NCBI GenBank assembly: GCA_039801885.1
Contig: JBDRVN010000018.1
Coordinates: 2,961 to 29,098, forward strand
DNA from: a candidate division WOR-3 bacterium
Lineage (GTDB): Bacteria > Hydrothermota > Tepidihabitantia > Tepidihabitantales > DTDR01
Direction: 5' to 3'
DNA length: 26,138 nucleotides
Shown here piece after piece: positions 1 to 9,264 of the stretch; position 1 is the first letter of the stretch; every line of letters begins with the position of its first letter. The notes below the pieces were generated by a model. That model did not search any database and was not told the DNA's origin. It saw only the letters and a program-made list of their open reading frames with translations. A program made the position numbers and the translations under genes.

Positions 1-675
1 TTTTCCTAATGTTAAATCCTTCAAAGGGATACCAATTGCTTTTGCGATGTTTTCCGCCTTCTTTATTATCCTCATTGGAGAAAAGTCTTTTTCCAATTTT
101 CCTTCTTCATTAAAAATTTGATAACCAACAAAAACTGTTTCCTTTTTTAGATTATACAACTCAAAATAGAGATAGGCAATTAAATCTTTATCCAAGTTAT
201 AAATTTTTTCCGGATTAGGAGTATAATAATAACCATTTCGATAAAAATTACCGCTCTCTTGGTTATTACCACAACTGGTAAGATAAATAAAAGAAGAGAT
301 ACTTGTTTTATTTTGAAAATTGTTCACTCTTAAAGAATCTGAATATTTCTTTCCTAAAAATTCAATTTGATAAAAATATTTACCAAAAGGTAAATAAAGA
401 CCAAAACCCTCAATGTATAATTTATTTAAATTTTTATAAGAAGAATAATTGGGCAAAAATATTTTTCTTTCAATCTTTTCTTTTCTTATTAATTTTCCTT
501 TTATTGAGAAGTTTATCTTGTAAGAGAAAAAAGCCGTATCGTTAATAACTTTTTCTGGTTGAAGAGAAGAAAGGGGTAAAGAATAATAAAATTCAACAAA
601 AGAAAAAGTATCTTCTACCCAGAAGACACCATAATCAATAGCAAAGATTTTAAAAAATAGTAATATTGTAATCAC
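1..675 (-). CDS. GWxTD-domain-type protein, N-terminal part (runs off window start)
   Basis: Manual translation, not in the ORF track: GTG at 675-673 overlaps the upstream TGA (GTGA) and the frame is open to base 1. MITILLFFKIFAIDYGVF...VEFYYSLP...NGYYYTPNPEKIY...YLYFELYNL resembles the N-terminal region of GWxTD proteins and lies next to one. Confidence 0.75.
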   Translation of the reverse strand, partial: MITILLFFKIFAIDYGVFWVEDTFSFVEFYYSLPLSSLQPEKVINDTAFFSYKINFSIKGKLIRKEKIERKIFLPNYSSYKNLNKLYIEGFGLYLPFGKYFYQIEFLGKKYSDSLRVNNFQNKTSISSFIYLTSCGNNQESGNFYRNGYYYTPNPEKIYNLDKDLIAYLYFELYNLKKETVFVGYQIFNEEGKLEKDFSPMRIIKKAENIAKAIGIPLKDLTLGK

Positions 676-1712
676 TTTTCACTCACTAAAATATATTCGC
701 CAAAACCTCTTAAATCAACAAAAATAAATTCTTTATTGTAGCGATAATAATACCATTTGATATAAGGTTTTTTATCAACTTCGTAAGGAAAATTTTCTAT
801 ATAATCTGGTTCACCATATTGAAAATAGATTTTTGCCCGGTCGGAAAAAATTCCTTTATCGCCACGACTAAAATTTTTCTCACAATATTCAACTTTAGAA
901 AAATATTCTTCTTCCGAAATATCCTTCTTTTTCCAAAACTCCTGCCATTTTATTTCCCTTTCTTCCCTTTTTGCCTTTTTTAATTCTTCCATTTCCATAG
1001 GAGTGGCCACATAAATCAAATAGGAAATTTTTTTAAAATAATCTTTGTCGGAAAGGTAAAAAGGTAAATCTAAATAAAAAGAAAAACCTTTTTTAATTTT
1101 TTTATTAAAAAATTCAACTTGGTAATTACCACTTTGTGAAAAATCGGCTAAAAAGATTCTTAAAAAATTATCTGATAACTTATCCTTTTTAATAACCCTA
1201 CCTTCCGGATTGATAATTTGATAATAAATTTCTTTTTCTAATCTATAAGGGATAATCTGAAAAATTAAGGAATCACCAATGGATAAATGAACATTTTCTC
1301 TTTGATTGCAATTAATAAAAAGATTAGGTTTAGCAAAATCAATTACTATTTTTTTACTATATTCCCTTTCCGAGTTTAAATCTTTTATTAAAATTTTCAG
1401 CTCCTTGCTTAACTCCTTGGTAAAAATTGCCAAATTTAACTCACCAGTTTTTATTTTATTATCTACTGTTTCTTCGTAATTATTTAAGATAATGGTATCT
1501 ATTTTTTCCAAAATCATATCACCAAATATTAATTGAATTAAAAATCGAGAAAAATAAGTTCTGTCTTTTTCATAAAAGAAAATTAGATTACTATAAGGAA
1601 TTTTATATCCAAAATTTAAATAAAAGGTATCATTATTATAAAAATAGCGATAATCGTAACTCACATCCCACAAGGATTGAGAAAAAATAAGCAAGGAAAG
1701 AAAAATTGCCAT
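672..1712 (-). CDS. GWxTD domain-containing protein (exported)
   Basis: Signal-like N-terminus. C-terminal FWKKKD...EEYFSKVEYCEKNF...GIFSDRAKIYFQYGEPD...PYIKWYY...FIFVD..GFGEY matches the GWxTD domain, with a degenerate motif (GIFSD). Confidence 0.8.
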   Translation of the reverse strand: MAIFLSLLIFSQSLWDVSYDYRYFYNNDTFYLNFGYKIPYSNLIFFYEKDRTYFSRFLIQLIFGDMILEKIDTIILNNYEETVDNKIKTGELNLAIFTKELSKELKILIKDLNSEREYSKKIVIDFAKPNLFINCNQRENVHLSIGDSLIFQIIPYRLEKEIYYQIINPEGRVIKKDKLSDNFLRIFLADFSQSGNYQVEFFNKKIKKGFSFYLDLPFYLSDKDYFKKISYLIYVATPMEMEELKKAKREEREIKWQEFWKKKDISEEEYFSKVEYCEKNFSRGDKGIFSDRAKIYFQYGEPDYIENFPYEVDKKPYIKWYYYRYNKEFIFVDLRGFGEYILVSEK

Positions 1713-1720
1713 TATTATTA

Positions 1721-1748
1721 ATTATAAACAATTTTCTTTTAAAGTCAA
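1721..1748 (-). promoter_or_regulatory. sigma70-type promoter TTGACT-16-TATAAT for the GWxTD pair
   Basis: Near-consensus hexamers. The -10 ends 8 nt before ATG 1712 and there is no SD. Confidence 0.55.
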
Positions 1749-1753
1749 AATAT

Positions 1754-1780
1754 AATGCGACAAATTTTTCTTGTCACATT
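1754..1780. promoter_or_regulatory. Inverted repeat AATGCGACAA-N7-TTGTCACATT, probable enhancer-binding-protein site (UAS)
   Basis: Arms are 9/10 complementary and lie ~100 bp upstream of a -24/-12 promoter. Confidence 0.55.
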
Positions 1781-1812
1781 GTTAAGCTGTTATTAAACCT
1801 AAAAATTAATTA

Positions 1813-1825
1813 TAAGTCATTGAAA
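1813..1825 (-). promoter_or_regulatory. IHF-binding site (TTTCAATGACTTA)
   Basis: One mismatch to WATCAANNNNTTR, positioned between the UAS and the sigma54 promoter. Confidence 0.5.
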
Positions 1826-1859
1826 TTATATCAGTTAAAAAATATTTTAAAAATTAAAT

Positions 1860-1876
1860 TTGGCAAAGTTTTTGCA
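1860..1876 (+). promoter_or_regulatory. sigma54 (-24/-12) promoter TTGGCAAAGTTTTTGCA
   Basis: GG (1862-63)-N10-GC (1874-75) with TGGCA and TTGCA context. Confidence 0.7.
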
Positions 1877-1907
1877 TATTATTTTAAAGGCAATTAAGGA
1901 GGTATTT

Positions 1908-3779
1908 TTGGCAATAGAAGTTTTCTCCAATTTATCACTACAAAATATTTTTAAAATCTTAGATAATTTTTCCGAAGCAGTATATATAGTAGAACCGGAG
2001 ACCTACCAAATTCTTTATATGAATAAAAAACTAAGGGAAATATTGGATATAAATAACATAAAAGAAAATGAAAATATTTGTTATAAATTATTTCAAGGTC
2101 TTTATTCTCCCTGTCCTTTCTGTTCTAATAAGTATCTTTATAAAAATCCTAACAAACCCTATATTTGGATTCATAAAAATTTAAGAAATAACCGCTATTA
2201 TAAATGTATTGACCAATTTTTAAAATTAAAAAATGGTAAATATCTCCGAATAGAGTTTGCCATTGATATAACCAAGGAAATTAATAAAAATGAAATAATA
2301 AAAGAATATTATAAAAGATATTACAATCTTTTTGAAAATGTGCCGGTGCCCATTTACATAACAACAGCAGATGGCAAATTTATAAAAGTAAATAAGGCAA
2401 TGAGCATATTATTTGGTTATACCAAAGAAGAATTTAGAAAGATTGATGCTGCGGCTCTTTATTCTAATCCGAAGGACCGTGAAAGATTTAAAAAAGATAT
2501 TGAAGAAAATGGGTATGTGGAAGATTATGATCTAAAGTTAAAAAGTAAAGACGGTAAAATTTTAAATTGCTTATTATCCGCAAATGTTATTAAAAATTCC
2601 CTTGGGAAGATTATTGGTTATCAAGGAATAATCAAAAATATCACCTTGGAAAGAGAATATAAGGAACTTGTTAAAAAAATAATTAGAAATAACAAAAATG
2701 AAATAAAAAAATTATCAGAAGAAAAAAATGAGGAAATCGAAAAATTAGCAAATCTTTTTATCTACCAAAATACTTTACTTTATGATTTTAATAATATTTT
2801 AGGAAATCTATTAAATACTTGTTATCTTATCAAAAATTGCTTAGAAAATAAAGATTTCCAAAGGATTTATGAACTTTTAGAAAGAGGAAAAGATTTTATT
2901 TTGAAAAGCAAAACTTTTGTAATGTCTTTATTAGAACTAAGAAAGACCATTAATAAGACTAAAAAAACTATACTTTTAGCCTCCCTTATTGAAAAGGTTG
3001 TAAATTCTTTTGAGAAAAGAGAAGAAATTATTATCAATATAATGATTCCGAAAGATTTAAAGGTCTATGGTTATGAAGATCAATTGGAAATTCTTTTTTC
3101 CAATTTGATAAAAAATTCCTGGGAGGCTAAAAGAGAAAAAAAGATAAATATTAAAATAACCGGTGAATTAACAACTTTAAGAAATAAAAATTATGTAAAA
3201 ATTTCTATCACCGATAATGGTCAAGGAATTAAAAAAGAAGAATTAAATAAAATTTTTCAATCCTTTTATTCCACAAAGGGTCAAATGGGTATCGGTCTAA
3301 AAGTTGTTTCCGAAATCATTAAAAACCATAAGGGAAAAATTGAAGTAGAGAGCGAAGAAAATAAATACACCAGTTTCCATATTTATCTGCCAATTTTAAA
3401 AGAAGACATCTTTCCTCTCCAACAAAAGATTATTTTAATTGGTGAAGGAGAATTAATAAACACAATTAAAGAAATCTTAAATCTTTTTGACTATCGTGTC
3501 TTTGAAGCAAAAAATTGGGAAGAAGGAATGAAAACATATTATCAATTTAAAGAGAAAAAAGAACCCTTTATTGGTTTCTTCTATGATTCAAGACCAGAAA
3601 AATTAGAAAAAGATATAGAAGAATTTGATAAAATATTTAATTTGGAGCCTAATATAAAAATATTTTATTCCTCTTTTTTTATTCCTGACCAAAATCGGCT
3701 AATTAACCCGAATATAATTTTATTAAAGAAACCTTATACCACTGAAGAATTAATAAAAATCATCTCTTCTTTTTCTTAA
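1908..3779 (+). CDS. PAS-PAS-HisKA-like-HATPase-degenerate receiver hybrid sensor (possible pseudokinase)
   Basis: SD AAGGAGG at 1896-1902 supports a TTG start at 1908 rather than 1860. Two PAS domains. H-box-like LYDFNNIL, N box NLIKNS, G1 DNGQGI, F box IFQSFYSTK, G2 GQMGIGL. C-terminal REC-like region ends LKKPYTTEEL. Confidence 0.85.
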   Translation: MAIEVFSNLSLQNIFKILDNFSEAVYIVEPETYQILYMNKKLREILDINNIKENENICYKLFQGLYSPCPFCSNKYLYKNPNKPYIWIHKNLRNNRYYKCIDQFLKLKNGKYLRIEFAIDITKEINKNEIIKEYYKRYYNLFENVPVPIYITTADGKFIKVNKAMSILFGYTKEEFRKIDAAALYSNPKDRERFKKDIEENGYVEDYDLKLKSKDGKILNCLLSANVIKNSLGKIIGYQGIIKNITLEREYKELVKKIIRNNKNEIKKLSEEKNEEIEKLANLFIYQNTLLYDFNNILGNLLNTCYLIKNCLENKDFQRIYELLERGKDFILKSKTFVMSLLELRKTINKTKKTILLASLIEKVVNSFEKREEIIINIMIPKDLKVYGYEDQLEILFSNLIKNSWEAKREKKINIKITGELTTLRNKNYVKISITDNGQGIKKEELNKIFQSFYSTKGQMGIGLKVVSEIIKNHKGKIEVESEENKYTSFHIYLPILKEDIFPLQQKIILIGEGELINTIKEILNLFDYRVFEAKNWEEGMKTYYQFKEKKEPFIGFFYDSRPEKLEKDIEEFDKIFNLEPNIKIFYSSFFIPDQNRLINPNIILLKKPYTTEELIKIISSFS

Positions 3780-4879
3780 TTTCTTAAAAGATTGACAATA
3801 AACCGGGTAATTCGTTCTCGACCATTAATATCTTTAAATTTTCTTAAATTTCCTTTAAGTTTTTCACCTAACTCGGTTAAAAGGATTTTATCTAAATAGA
3901 AAATTAATTCTTTAATATTTGGCGTATAAAAACCTAATTGGTTTTGAGCAATAAATTGTATATTACCAAGTTCCTGACCATAAAGATAATGATAGATTAA
4001 TATTGGCACTTGTGAAGCAATTGCTTCGGCTAAAGAGAGAGCACCGGCTTTTAGAATTGCTGCATCACTAATAGCAAAAAGTTCCGCAATCTTTTCCACA
4101 TAAGAAAAAATTTTTATTTTTTCTTCGGTATTATAAGTTTCTTTAAGTTTATTAAAAAGTTCTAAATTCCGACCGCAGACACAAATTAAATAATAATCCT
4201 TTTTAAAATAAATTTCTTTAACAATCTTATTAATCTTTCCCCAACCTTCGCTACCGCCCAAAATCAATACTACCTTTCTATCTTTATCAATTTGGTATTT
4301 TTTTCTTAGCTCCTCTTTATCGTAATTAAAATCAAAATCTTTTCTTAAAGGAATACCAAAATAATTAGGTAAATTATCTACTTTCCAAGAATTTCTAAAA
4401 TAGGGAGGAGAAAAAGGATAAATAATCAAATCAGCCTCCTTTTGAAACCAACTGGTATGGTATTTTAAAAACTCAATCCCAATAATAATAAATTTAATAT
4501 TTTTATAAAATTTTTTAGCACACAGAAAAGGGAAATGATTTAAAAGAGGATGAACTGAAATGACTGCTTCAATATCCGGATATTTTTTAAAAAAATCCTC
4601 CAAATAATTAGGAGTAAAAAATTCAACAATCTTATTAAGATAATGATACCACCATTTAGGATAAGTGAAATACCACAAAAAACCCCAGAAGAAAGGGAAA
4701 TCTTTTGTTATCTTTGAATAATTTTTAGGAAAGTTAGCAAAAGGCTTTTTTGTTGCTTCCAGAAAAAAATCAGGAAGATATGCTTCAATGCTGTATTTTT
4801 CTTTAAACTCTTCGGCTAAAGCTTTGGCGACCGTGATATGACCACCACCGGTTTGGGAAGTAAAGAAAAGAATTTTCAT
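3776..4879 (-). CDS. GT28 diacylglycerol glycosyltransferase (MGDG synthase/UgtP-like)
   Basis: TGGGH...A.AL, ISVHP, GIPLRKDF, LILGGSEG, VCGRN, KAGALSLAEA and GQE.GN motifs. ATG 4879 (MKILFF) is preferred over TTG 4897. Confidence 0.85.
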   Translation of the reverse strand: MKILFFTSQTGGGHITVAKALAEEFKEKYSIEAYLPDFFLEATKKPFANFPKNYSKITKDFPFFWGFLWYFTYPKWWYHYLNKIVEFFTPNYLEDFFKKYPDIEAVISVHPLLNHFPFLCAKKFYKNIKFIIIGIEFLKYHTSWFQKEADLIIYPFSPPYFRNSWKVDNLPNYFGIPLRKDFDFNYDKEELRKKYQIDKDRKVVLILGGSEGWGKINKIVKEIYFKKDYYLICVCGRNLELFNKLKETYNTEEKIKIFSYVEKIAELFAISDAAILKAGALSLAEAIASQVPILIYHYLYGQELGNIQFIAQNQLGFYTPNIKELIFYLDKILLTELGEKLKGNLRKFKDINGRERITRFIVNLLRN

Positions 4880-4918
4880 TAAATAATTAATAATCAAAAT
4901 TATTTATTTGTCAATAAT

Positions 4919-4947
4919 TTGACTTTAAATTATTAATTTATTATAAT
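4919..4947 (+). promoter_or_regulatory. sigma70 promoter TTGACT-17-TATAAT for lolA-paaI-rimO
   Basis: Near-perfect consensus. The ATG at 4953 lies only 5 nt after the -10. Confidence 0.65.
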
Positions 4948-4952
4948 AATTT

Positions 4953-5498
4953 ATGAAATATTTTCTTATTTTTCTTTTATTAACAGGGATAAAAAATGAA
5001 AAAACCCTTTGGGAGAAAATCAAGAACTTTTATCTTAACTTAAAAACTATCTCCGGCGATTTTCTTCAAAGAGAATGCGATGAAGAAACCGGAATTTGTG
5101 TAGAATATCGTGGGAAATTTTATATCAAAAAACCTCATTATTTAAGATTGGAAATAAAAGAACCAGAAAAATGGTTGGTAATTGCTGATAAGGAAAGCAT
5201 TTATTTCTATTATCAAAAGGATTCTCTTTACCAAAAATTGTCTATTAGTGAATTTAACCCTTTCCTCATTTTTTTCACTTTTACCAAAGATACTCTTAAC
5301 CCTCAAATAAAAGAGAAGAATAAATATTATTTATTAAATTTTCCTTTTAAAGATTACGAGTTAAGTTTAAATGTAACAAAAAAAGGGTTTTTGATTGATA
5401 AGGTTTTATATAAATTTAAAAAGAAAGAGTTAGCGATTTATCTTTCTTCGCAGAAGATAAATAAAGTATTAGCCGATAGTTTATTTATTAAAAAATAA
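4953..5498 (+). CDS. lolA: Outer-membrane lipoprotein carrier protein LolA
   Basis: Signal peptide, LKTISGDFLQ, GKFYIKKPHYLRLE..EPEK.LVIAD and C-terminal N..LADSLF pattern of the LolA family. Confidence 0.75.
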   Translation: MKYFLIFLLLTGIKNEKTLWEKIKNFYLNLKTISGDFLQRECDEETGICVEYRGKFYIKKPHYLRLEIKEPEKWLVIADKESIYFYYQKDSLYQKLSISEFNPFLIFFTFTKDTLNPQIKEKNKYYLLNFPFKDYELSLNVTKKGFLIDKVLYKFKKKELAIYLSSQKINKVLADSLFIKK

Positions 5499-5890
5499 TG
5501 CTTATCAAATCAAGCAATTACTGTTTTGCTTGTGGTGACGAAAATCCTATTGGCTTTCAATTGAAAATTATTGAAACGGAAAATGGAGTAAAAACAGAAT
5601 TTGTTCCTAAAAAGGAATACGAAGGTTATCAAGATATCATCCACGGCGGAATTGTTGCCACTTTGCTTGATGAAATGATTGCTTGGGCTTGCCGGAAAAA
5701 GGGCTATAATGCAGTAACTGCCGAATTACAAGTTCGTTATAAGAAACCAATGGCTTTAAATAAAAAATATTTTGCTTATGGCCGAATCAGTAAAATTCAT
5801 CATAAATTACTCATTGGAGAAAGCAAGGTTTTTGATGACGAAAAAAATCTTATTGCCTATGCCCAGGCAAAAATGTATCTAATCTCTTGA
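5498..5890 (+). CDS. PaaI-family hotdog-fold thioesterase
   Basis: CFACG.ENPIG, YEGY..IIHGGIVATLLDE and TAELQVRYKKP motifs. Confidence 0.9.
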   Translation: MLIKSSNYCFACGDENPIGFQLKIIETENGVKTEFVPKKEYEGYQDIIHGGIVATLLDEMIAWACRKKGYNAVTAELQVRYKKPMALNKKYFAYGRISKIHHKLLIGESKVFDDEKNLIAYAQAKMYLIS

Positions 5891-7197
5891 AAAAATTTTC
5901 TTTAATTTTCCTTGGCTGCCCCAAAAATCAAGTAGATTGCGAAAAAATTATTTATTCTCTCTTAAAAAAGGACTATTCAATCACCACCGATTTAAAAGAA
6001 AGTGATACTGCTATTTTAACTACCTGTGCCTTTATTAGAAAGGGAGTTAAAGAATGTGAAAGATGGATTAAAAAATTAATTGATTTAAAGAAAAGAAAAA
6101 TTATTAAAAAGATAATTGTTTTTGGTTGCTTAATAGAAAGGGAAAAAGAAAGGTTGGTAGAAAAATATCCCGAAATAGATAGTTTTATTGGTCTTGGTGG
6201 TTTAAAGAAAATTCCCTATTTTATAGAGAAAAAAGAAAGATATTATCTGTCAGAAAACAAACAGATTTTAATTAAACCATTACCAAGAATAATCTTTGCT
6301 CCCTATGCCTATGTAAAAATTGCCGATGGTTGTAATAATTGCTGTTCTTATTGTCTTATTCCCAAAATTCGTGGTAAATATCAATCAAGAGAAATTGAAG
6401 AGATAAAAAGAGAAGTAAGAGAAATAGTGGATTTAGGAATAAAAGAAATTGTTTTAATTGCTCAAGATACAACTTTTTATGGCGCCGATATTTACAATAA
6501 ACCATCATTAGCAAAATTATTAAAAGAATTGGTAAAAATTAGAAATTTAGAATGGCTAAGAATTCTTTATACCCATCCTGCTCATTATGATGATGAATTG
6601 ATTAGGATTATAAAGAACGAAGAAAAAATTGTAAAATATCTGGATATTCCCATTCAACACATTTCTGATAGGATTTTAAAATTAATGAACCGTCCTTATA
6701 CAAAAAAGGATTTAATTAAACTTTTAGAAAAATTAAGAAAAATTCCTAATTTAATATTGAGAACAACCGTAATGGTTGGTTTCCCCTACGAGGAAGAAAA
6801 AGATTTCTTAGAATTATTATCTTTTATTAAAGATTTCAAATTTGAATATCTGGGCTGTTTTAATTATTCAAGAGAAGAAAATACCCTTGCCGAGAAATTA
6901 GAAAACCAAATAAAAGAGAAGATAAAAAGAGAACGATATCAAAAAATTATGGAAACCCAACAAGAAATAACCTTTAACTTTCTTAATTCTTTGATAAATA
7001 AAAGATTTAAAATTTTAATAGAGAATAAAAATTTAGCTCGAGCTTATTTTCAAGCACCGGAGATCGATGGTAATATTATTTTAAATAATTTAAATAATAA
7101 GAATATAAAAATTGGTGAATTTAATGAATGTGAAATTCTAAAAAGAAAAGGATACGACTTAGTGGGAAAACTCACAGAAGGGCAAAAAAGTCATTAA
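5887..7197 (+). CDS. rimO: Ribosomal protein S12 methylthiotransferase RimO
   Basis: UPF0004 domain (LGCPKNQVD, TCAFI, GCL), radical SAM YVKIADGCNNCCSYC, YLDIPIQH, LRTTVMVGFP and APEIDG. Confidence 0.92.
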   Translation: MKKFSLIFLGCPKNQVDCEKIIYSLLKKDYSITTDLKESDTAILTTCAFIRKGVKECERWIKKLIDLKKRKIIKKIIVFGCLIEREKERLVEKYPEIDSFIGLGGLKKIPYFIEKKERYYLSENKQILIKPLPRIIFAPYAYVKIADGCNNCCSYCLIPKIRGKYQSREIEEIKREVREIVDLGIKEIVLIAQDTTFYGADIYNKPSLAKLLKELVKIRNLEWLRILYTHPAHYDDELIRIIKNEEKIVKYLDIPIQHISDRILKLMNRPYTKKDLIKLLEKLRKIPNLILRTTVMVGFPYEEEKDFLELLSFIKDFKFEYLGCFNYSREENTLAEKLENQIKEKIKRERYQKIMETQQEITFNFLNSLINKRFKILIENKNLARAYFQAPEIDGNIILNNLNNKNIKIGEFNECEILKRKGYDLVGKLTEGQKSH

Positions 7198-7909
7198 GAA
7201 AATTCCAATAATTTTCTGATGAGATATTTTGATTAATTATTATTGAAAAGATATATTTTTTATTTTTCTTAAAATAATAACCGCTTAAAGCACGAACATT
7301 TTTCAAATAACCGGTTTTAGCAATTATTTTGTTTTGATAATTTAATAACCTTCTTCTTAAAGTCCCTCTTTTCCCACTCACTGCTAAACTATTTAAAAAT
7401 TCTTTCTGGTGGGACGAAAAATAAAGATAAATCAAAAGGTTTATTAAAGTATTGGTAGTCAAACGATTTTTTTTAGAACAACCACTGCCATCAAAAATTT
7501 TTAAGCCTTCAATCGATATTTTTCTTTCTCTCAAAAATCCTTTAATAACTTCTTTACTATTTCTTTTCTTATATTGGCCAATCAAATAAAAAAGCGAATT
7601 GGCTAATTTATTATCGCTTTTGCTATTCAACTCTAATAAGATTCGTTTTTTATAATAGATCTTGCCTTTTTTATATCTCTTTAAATAATTTAAAAAATTT
7701 TTATCACAATTTTCCAAGAGATAACTGCTGATAAGAAGTTTTAAATTAGAAGCAGGAATAAGGGGTTTATTTTTATTGTAGGTATAAATAAATTTCTTCT
7801 CATCTATTGAATAAATACAAATACTAATTTTGTTAGGATTTAAACAGTAATTTTTCATTAAATTTTTTATTTCTAAATTTAGATTGATTAAAATAAAAAG
7901 AAAAAACAT
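7172..7909 (-). CDS. D-Ala-D-Ala carboxypeptidase/endopeptidase, S13 (PBP4/DacB-like), short form
   Basis: PASNLK (SxxK), SDN (SxN), DGSG.S..NRLT, SLAVSG..GTL..R, AKTG and ALSGY motifs. Confidence 0.85.
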   Translation of the reverse strand: MFFLFILINLNLEIKNLMKNYCLNPNKISICIYSIDEKKFIYTYNKNKPLIPASNLKLLISSYLLENCDKNFLNYLKRYKKGKIYYKKRILLELNSKSDNKLANSLFYLIGQYKKRNSKEVIKGFLRERKISIEGLKIFDGSGCSKKNRLTTNTLINLLIYLYFSSHQKEFLNSLAVSGKRGTLRRRLLNYQNKIIAKTGYLKNVRALSGYYFKKNKKYIFSIIINQNISSENYWNFLNDFFALL

Positions 7910-7912
7910 TTA

Positions 7913-9256
7913 TTATTTTAAAATAAAATAAGCGATAGCAAAATAGATTGCTAAACCAGTGAAGTCTAAAATTGTTGTGAGCACTGGGCTACTAATTACT
8001 GCTGGGTCTTGTTTTAATTTAGTTAAAATTATGGGCAAAATGGTGCCAATCAAATTTGCCCAAACACAAATTATTAAAACGGCTAATCCGACAACAAAAC
8101 TAATTCTTATATCTTTTCGCAATAAAAAACTATAACCAAATAACAAAAAAAATAAGCCGCAACCTAAAAGAAGTCCTACCAAAAGTTCTTTGCGAACAAT
8201 TTCCCACCATTTTTTAAAATCCAATTCTCCTAAAGCAATTGCCCTAACTATTAAAGTGGCTGATTGGGAACTTGTATTGCCACCGGTATCAATCAGGACC
8301 GGAATAAAGAAACTTAAAGCGATAATCTTACTTAAAAGATTTTCAAAAGAAGCAATTATTGAACTTGATAAAAAACCCGCTACTGCCAAAAGGGAAAGCC
8401 AAACAATCCTTTTCTTAAAAAGAGAAATTATTGATGTTGCAGTATAACTAAATTTTAAAGGGATAACACCTGCTCTTTTGTGCAAATCTTCAGTTGCTTC
8501 TTCTTCATAAACATCTAAAATATCATCCACCGTAACAATTCCTAATAAAATATTTCTTTTATCCACAACCGGCAAGGCAATCAAATCGTATCTCCGCATC
8601 ATTTTTGCTGCTTCCTCTTGGTCTTGGTAGACATTTATCGCCATAAAATCTTTCTCCATAATTTCCGAGATTCTTTGTAATGGTTCAGCCAATACCAATC
8701 GTCTTAAATGGACTTCGCCAATCAATTTGCCTTCATCATCAACAACATATAAAATATTAAGGGTCTCCGCATCCTTACCAAATTTTCTAATATGTTCTAA
8801 ACTATATTTTATTGTCCAATGCTCTTTAATTTTTATATAGTCCGGAGTCATCAAACGACCAACCGAATCCTTTGGATAGCCAAGCAACTCTAAGGCTTCC
8901 TTCCTTTCTTCCGGTGGTAAGAGGCTAATTAATTGAGAAACTACTTCGCCGGGTAGTTCTTCAAATATTTCCGTTCGGTCATCCGGTGGGACCTCTAAAA
9001 GAATCTCTTTTATCTTTTCATTAGATAAATTTTTAACAAGACGGGCTTGAACATCTCTTTCTAATTCTACAAAAACCTCCGCCGCTAATTGGGTAGGTAA
9101 AAGGCGAAAAAGAATTAACCTTTCTTCATCATTTAAACTTTCTAAAAGGTCAGCAATATCCGGTGGTGACCACATAGAAATCAATTCTTTTAATACCCGC
9201 CAATCCTTATTCCTTATCGCTTCTTCAATTTCTGGTTTTAAAAGCTCCCTTAACAT
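7913..9256 (-). CDS. mgtE: Magnesium transporter MgtE
   Basis: MgtE N domain, CBS pair (GRLMTPDY, ALPVVD...LLGIVTVDD) and TM domain (FIPVLIDTGGN, DPAVISSPVLTTILD). Confidence 0.95.
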   Translation of the reverse strand: MLRELLKPEIEEAIRNKDWRVLKELISMWSPPDIADLLESLNDEERLILFRLLPTQLAAEVFVELERDVQARLVKNLSNEKIKEILLEVPPDDRTEIFEELPGEVVSQLISLLPPEERKEALELLGYPKDSVGRLMTPDYIKIKEHWTIKYSLEHIRKFGKDAETLNILYVVDDEGKLIGEVHLRRLVLAEPLQRISEIMEKDFMAINVYQDQEEAAKMMRRYDLIALPVVDKRNILLGIVTVDDILDVYEEEATEDLHKRAGVIPLKFSYTATSIISLFKKRIVWLSLLAVAGFLSSSIIASFENLLSKIIALSFFIPVLIDTGGNTSSQSATLIVRAIALGELDFKKWWEIVRKELLVGLLLGCGLFFLLFGYSFLLRKDIRISFVVGLAVLIICVWANLIGTILPIILTKLKQDPAVISSPVLTTILDFTGLAIYFAIAYFILK

Positions 9257-9264
9257 AGAAAAAA

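Noticed and set aside
303-545. 80-aa plus-strand ORF
   Set aside because: Antisense shadow of the minus-strand GWxTD-type gene at 1-675.
1706-1897. 63-aa plus-strand ORF
   Set aside because: Runs across the promoter region (UAS, IHF, sigma54). No SD or recognisable motif.
8190-8447. Plus-strand ORF inside mgtE
   Set aside because: Antisense shadow of a conserved gene.
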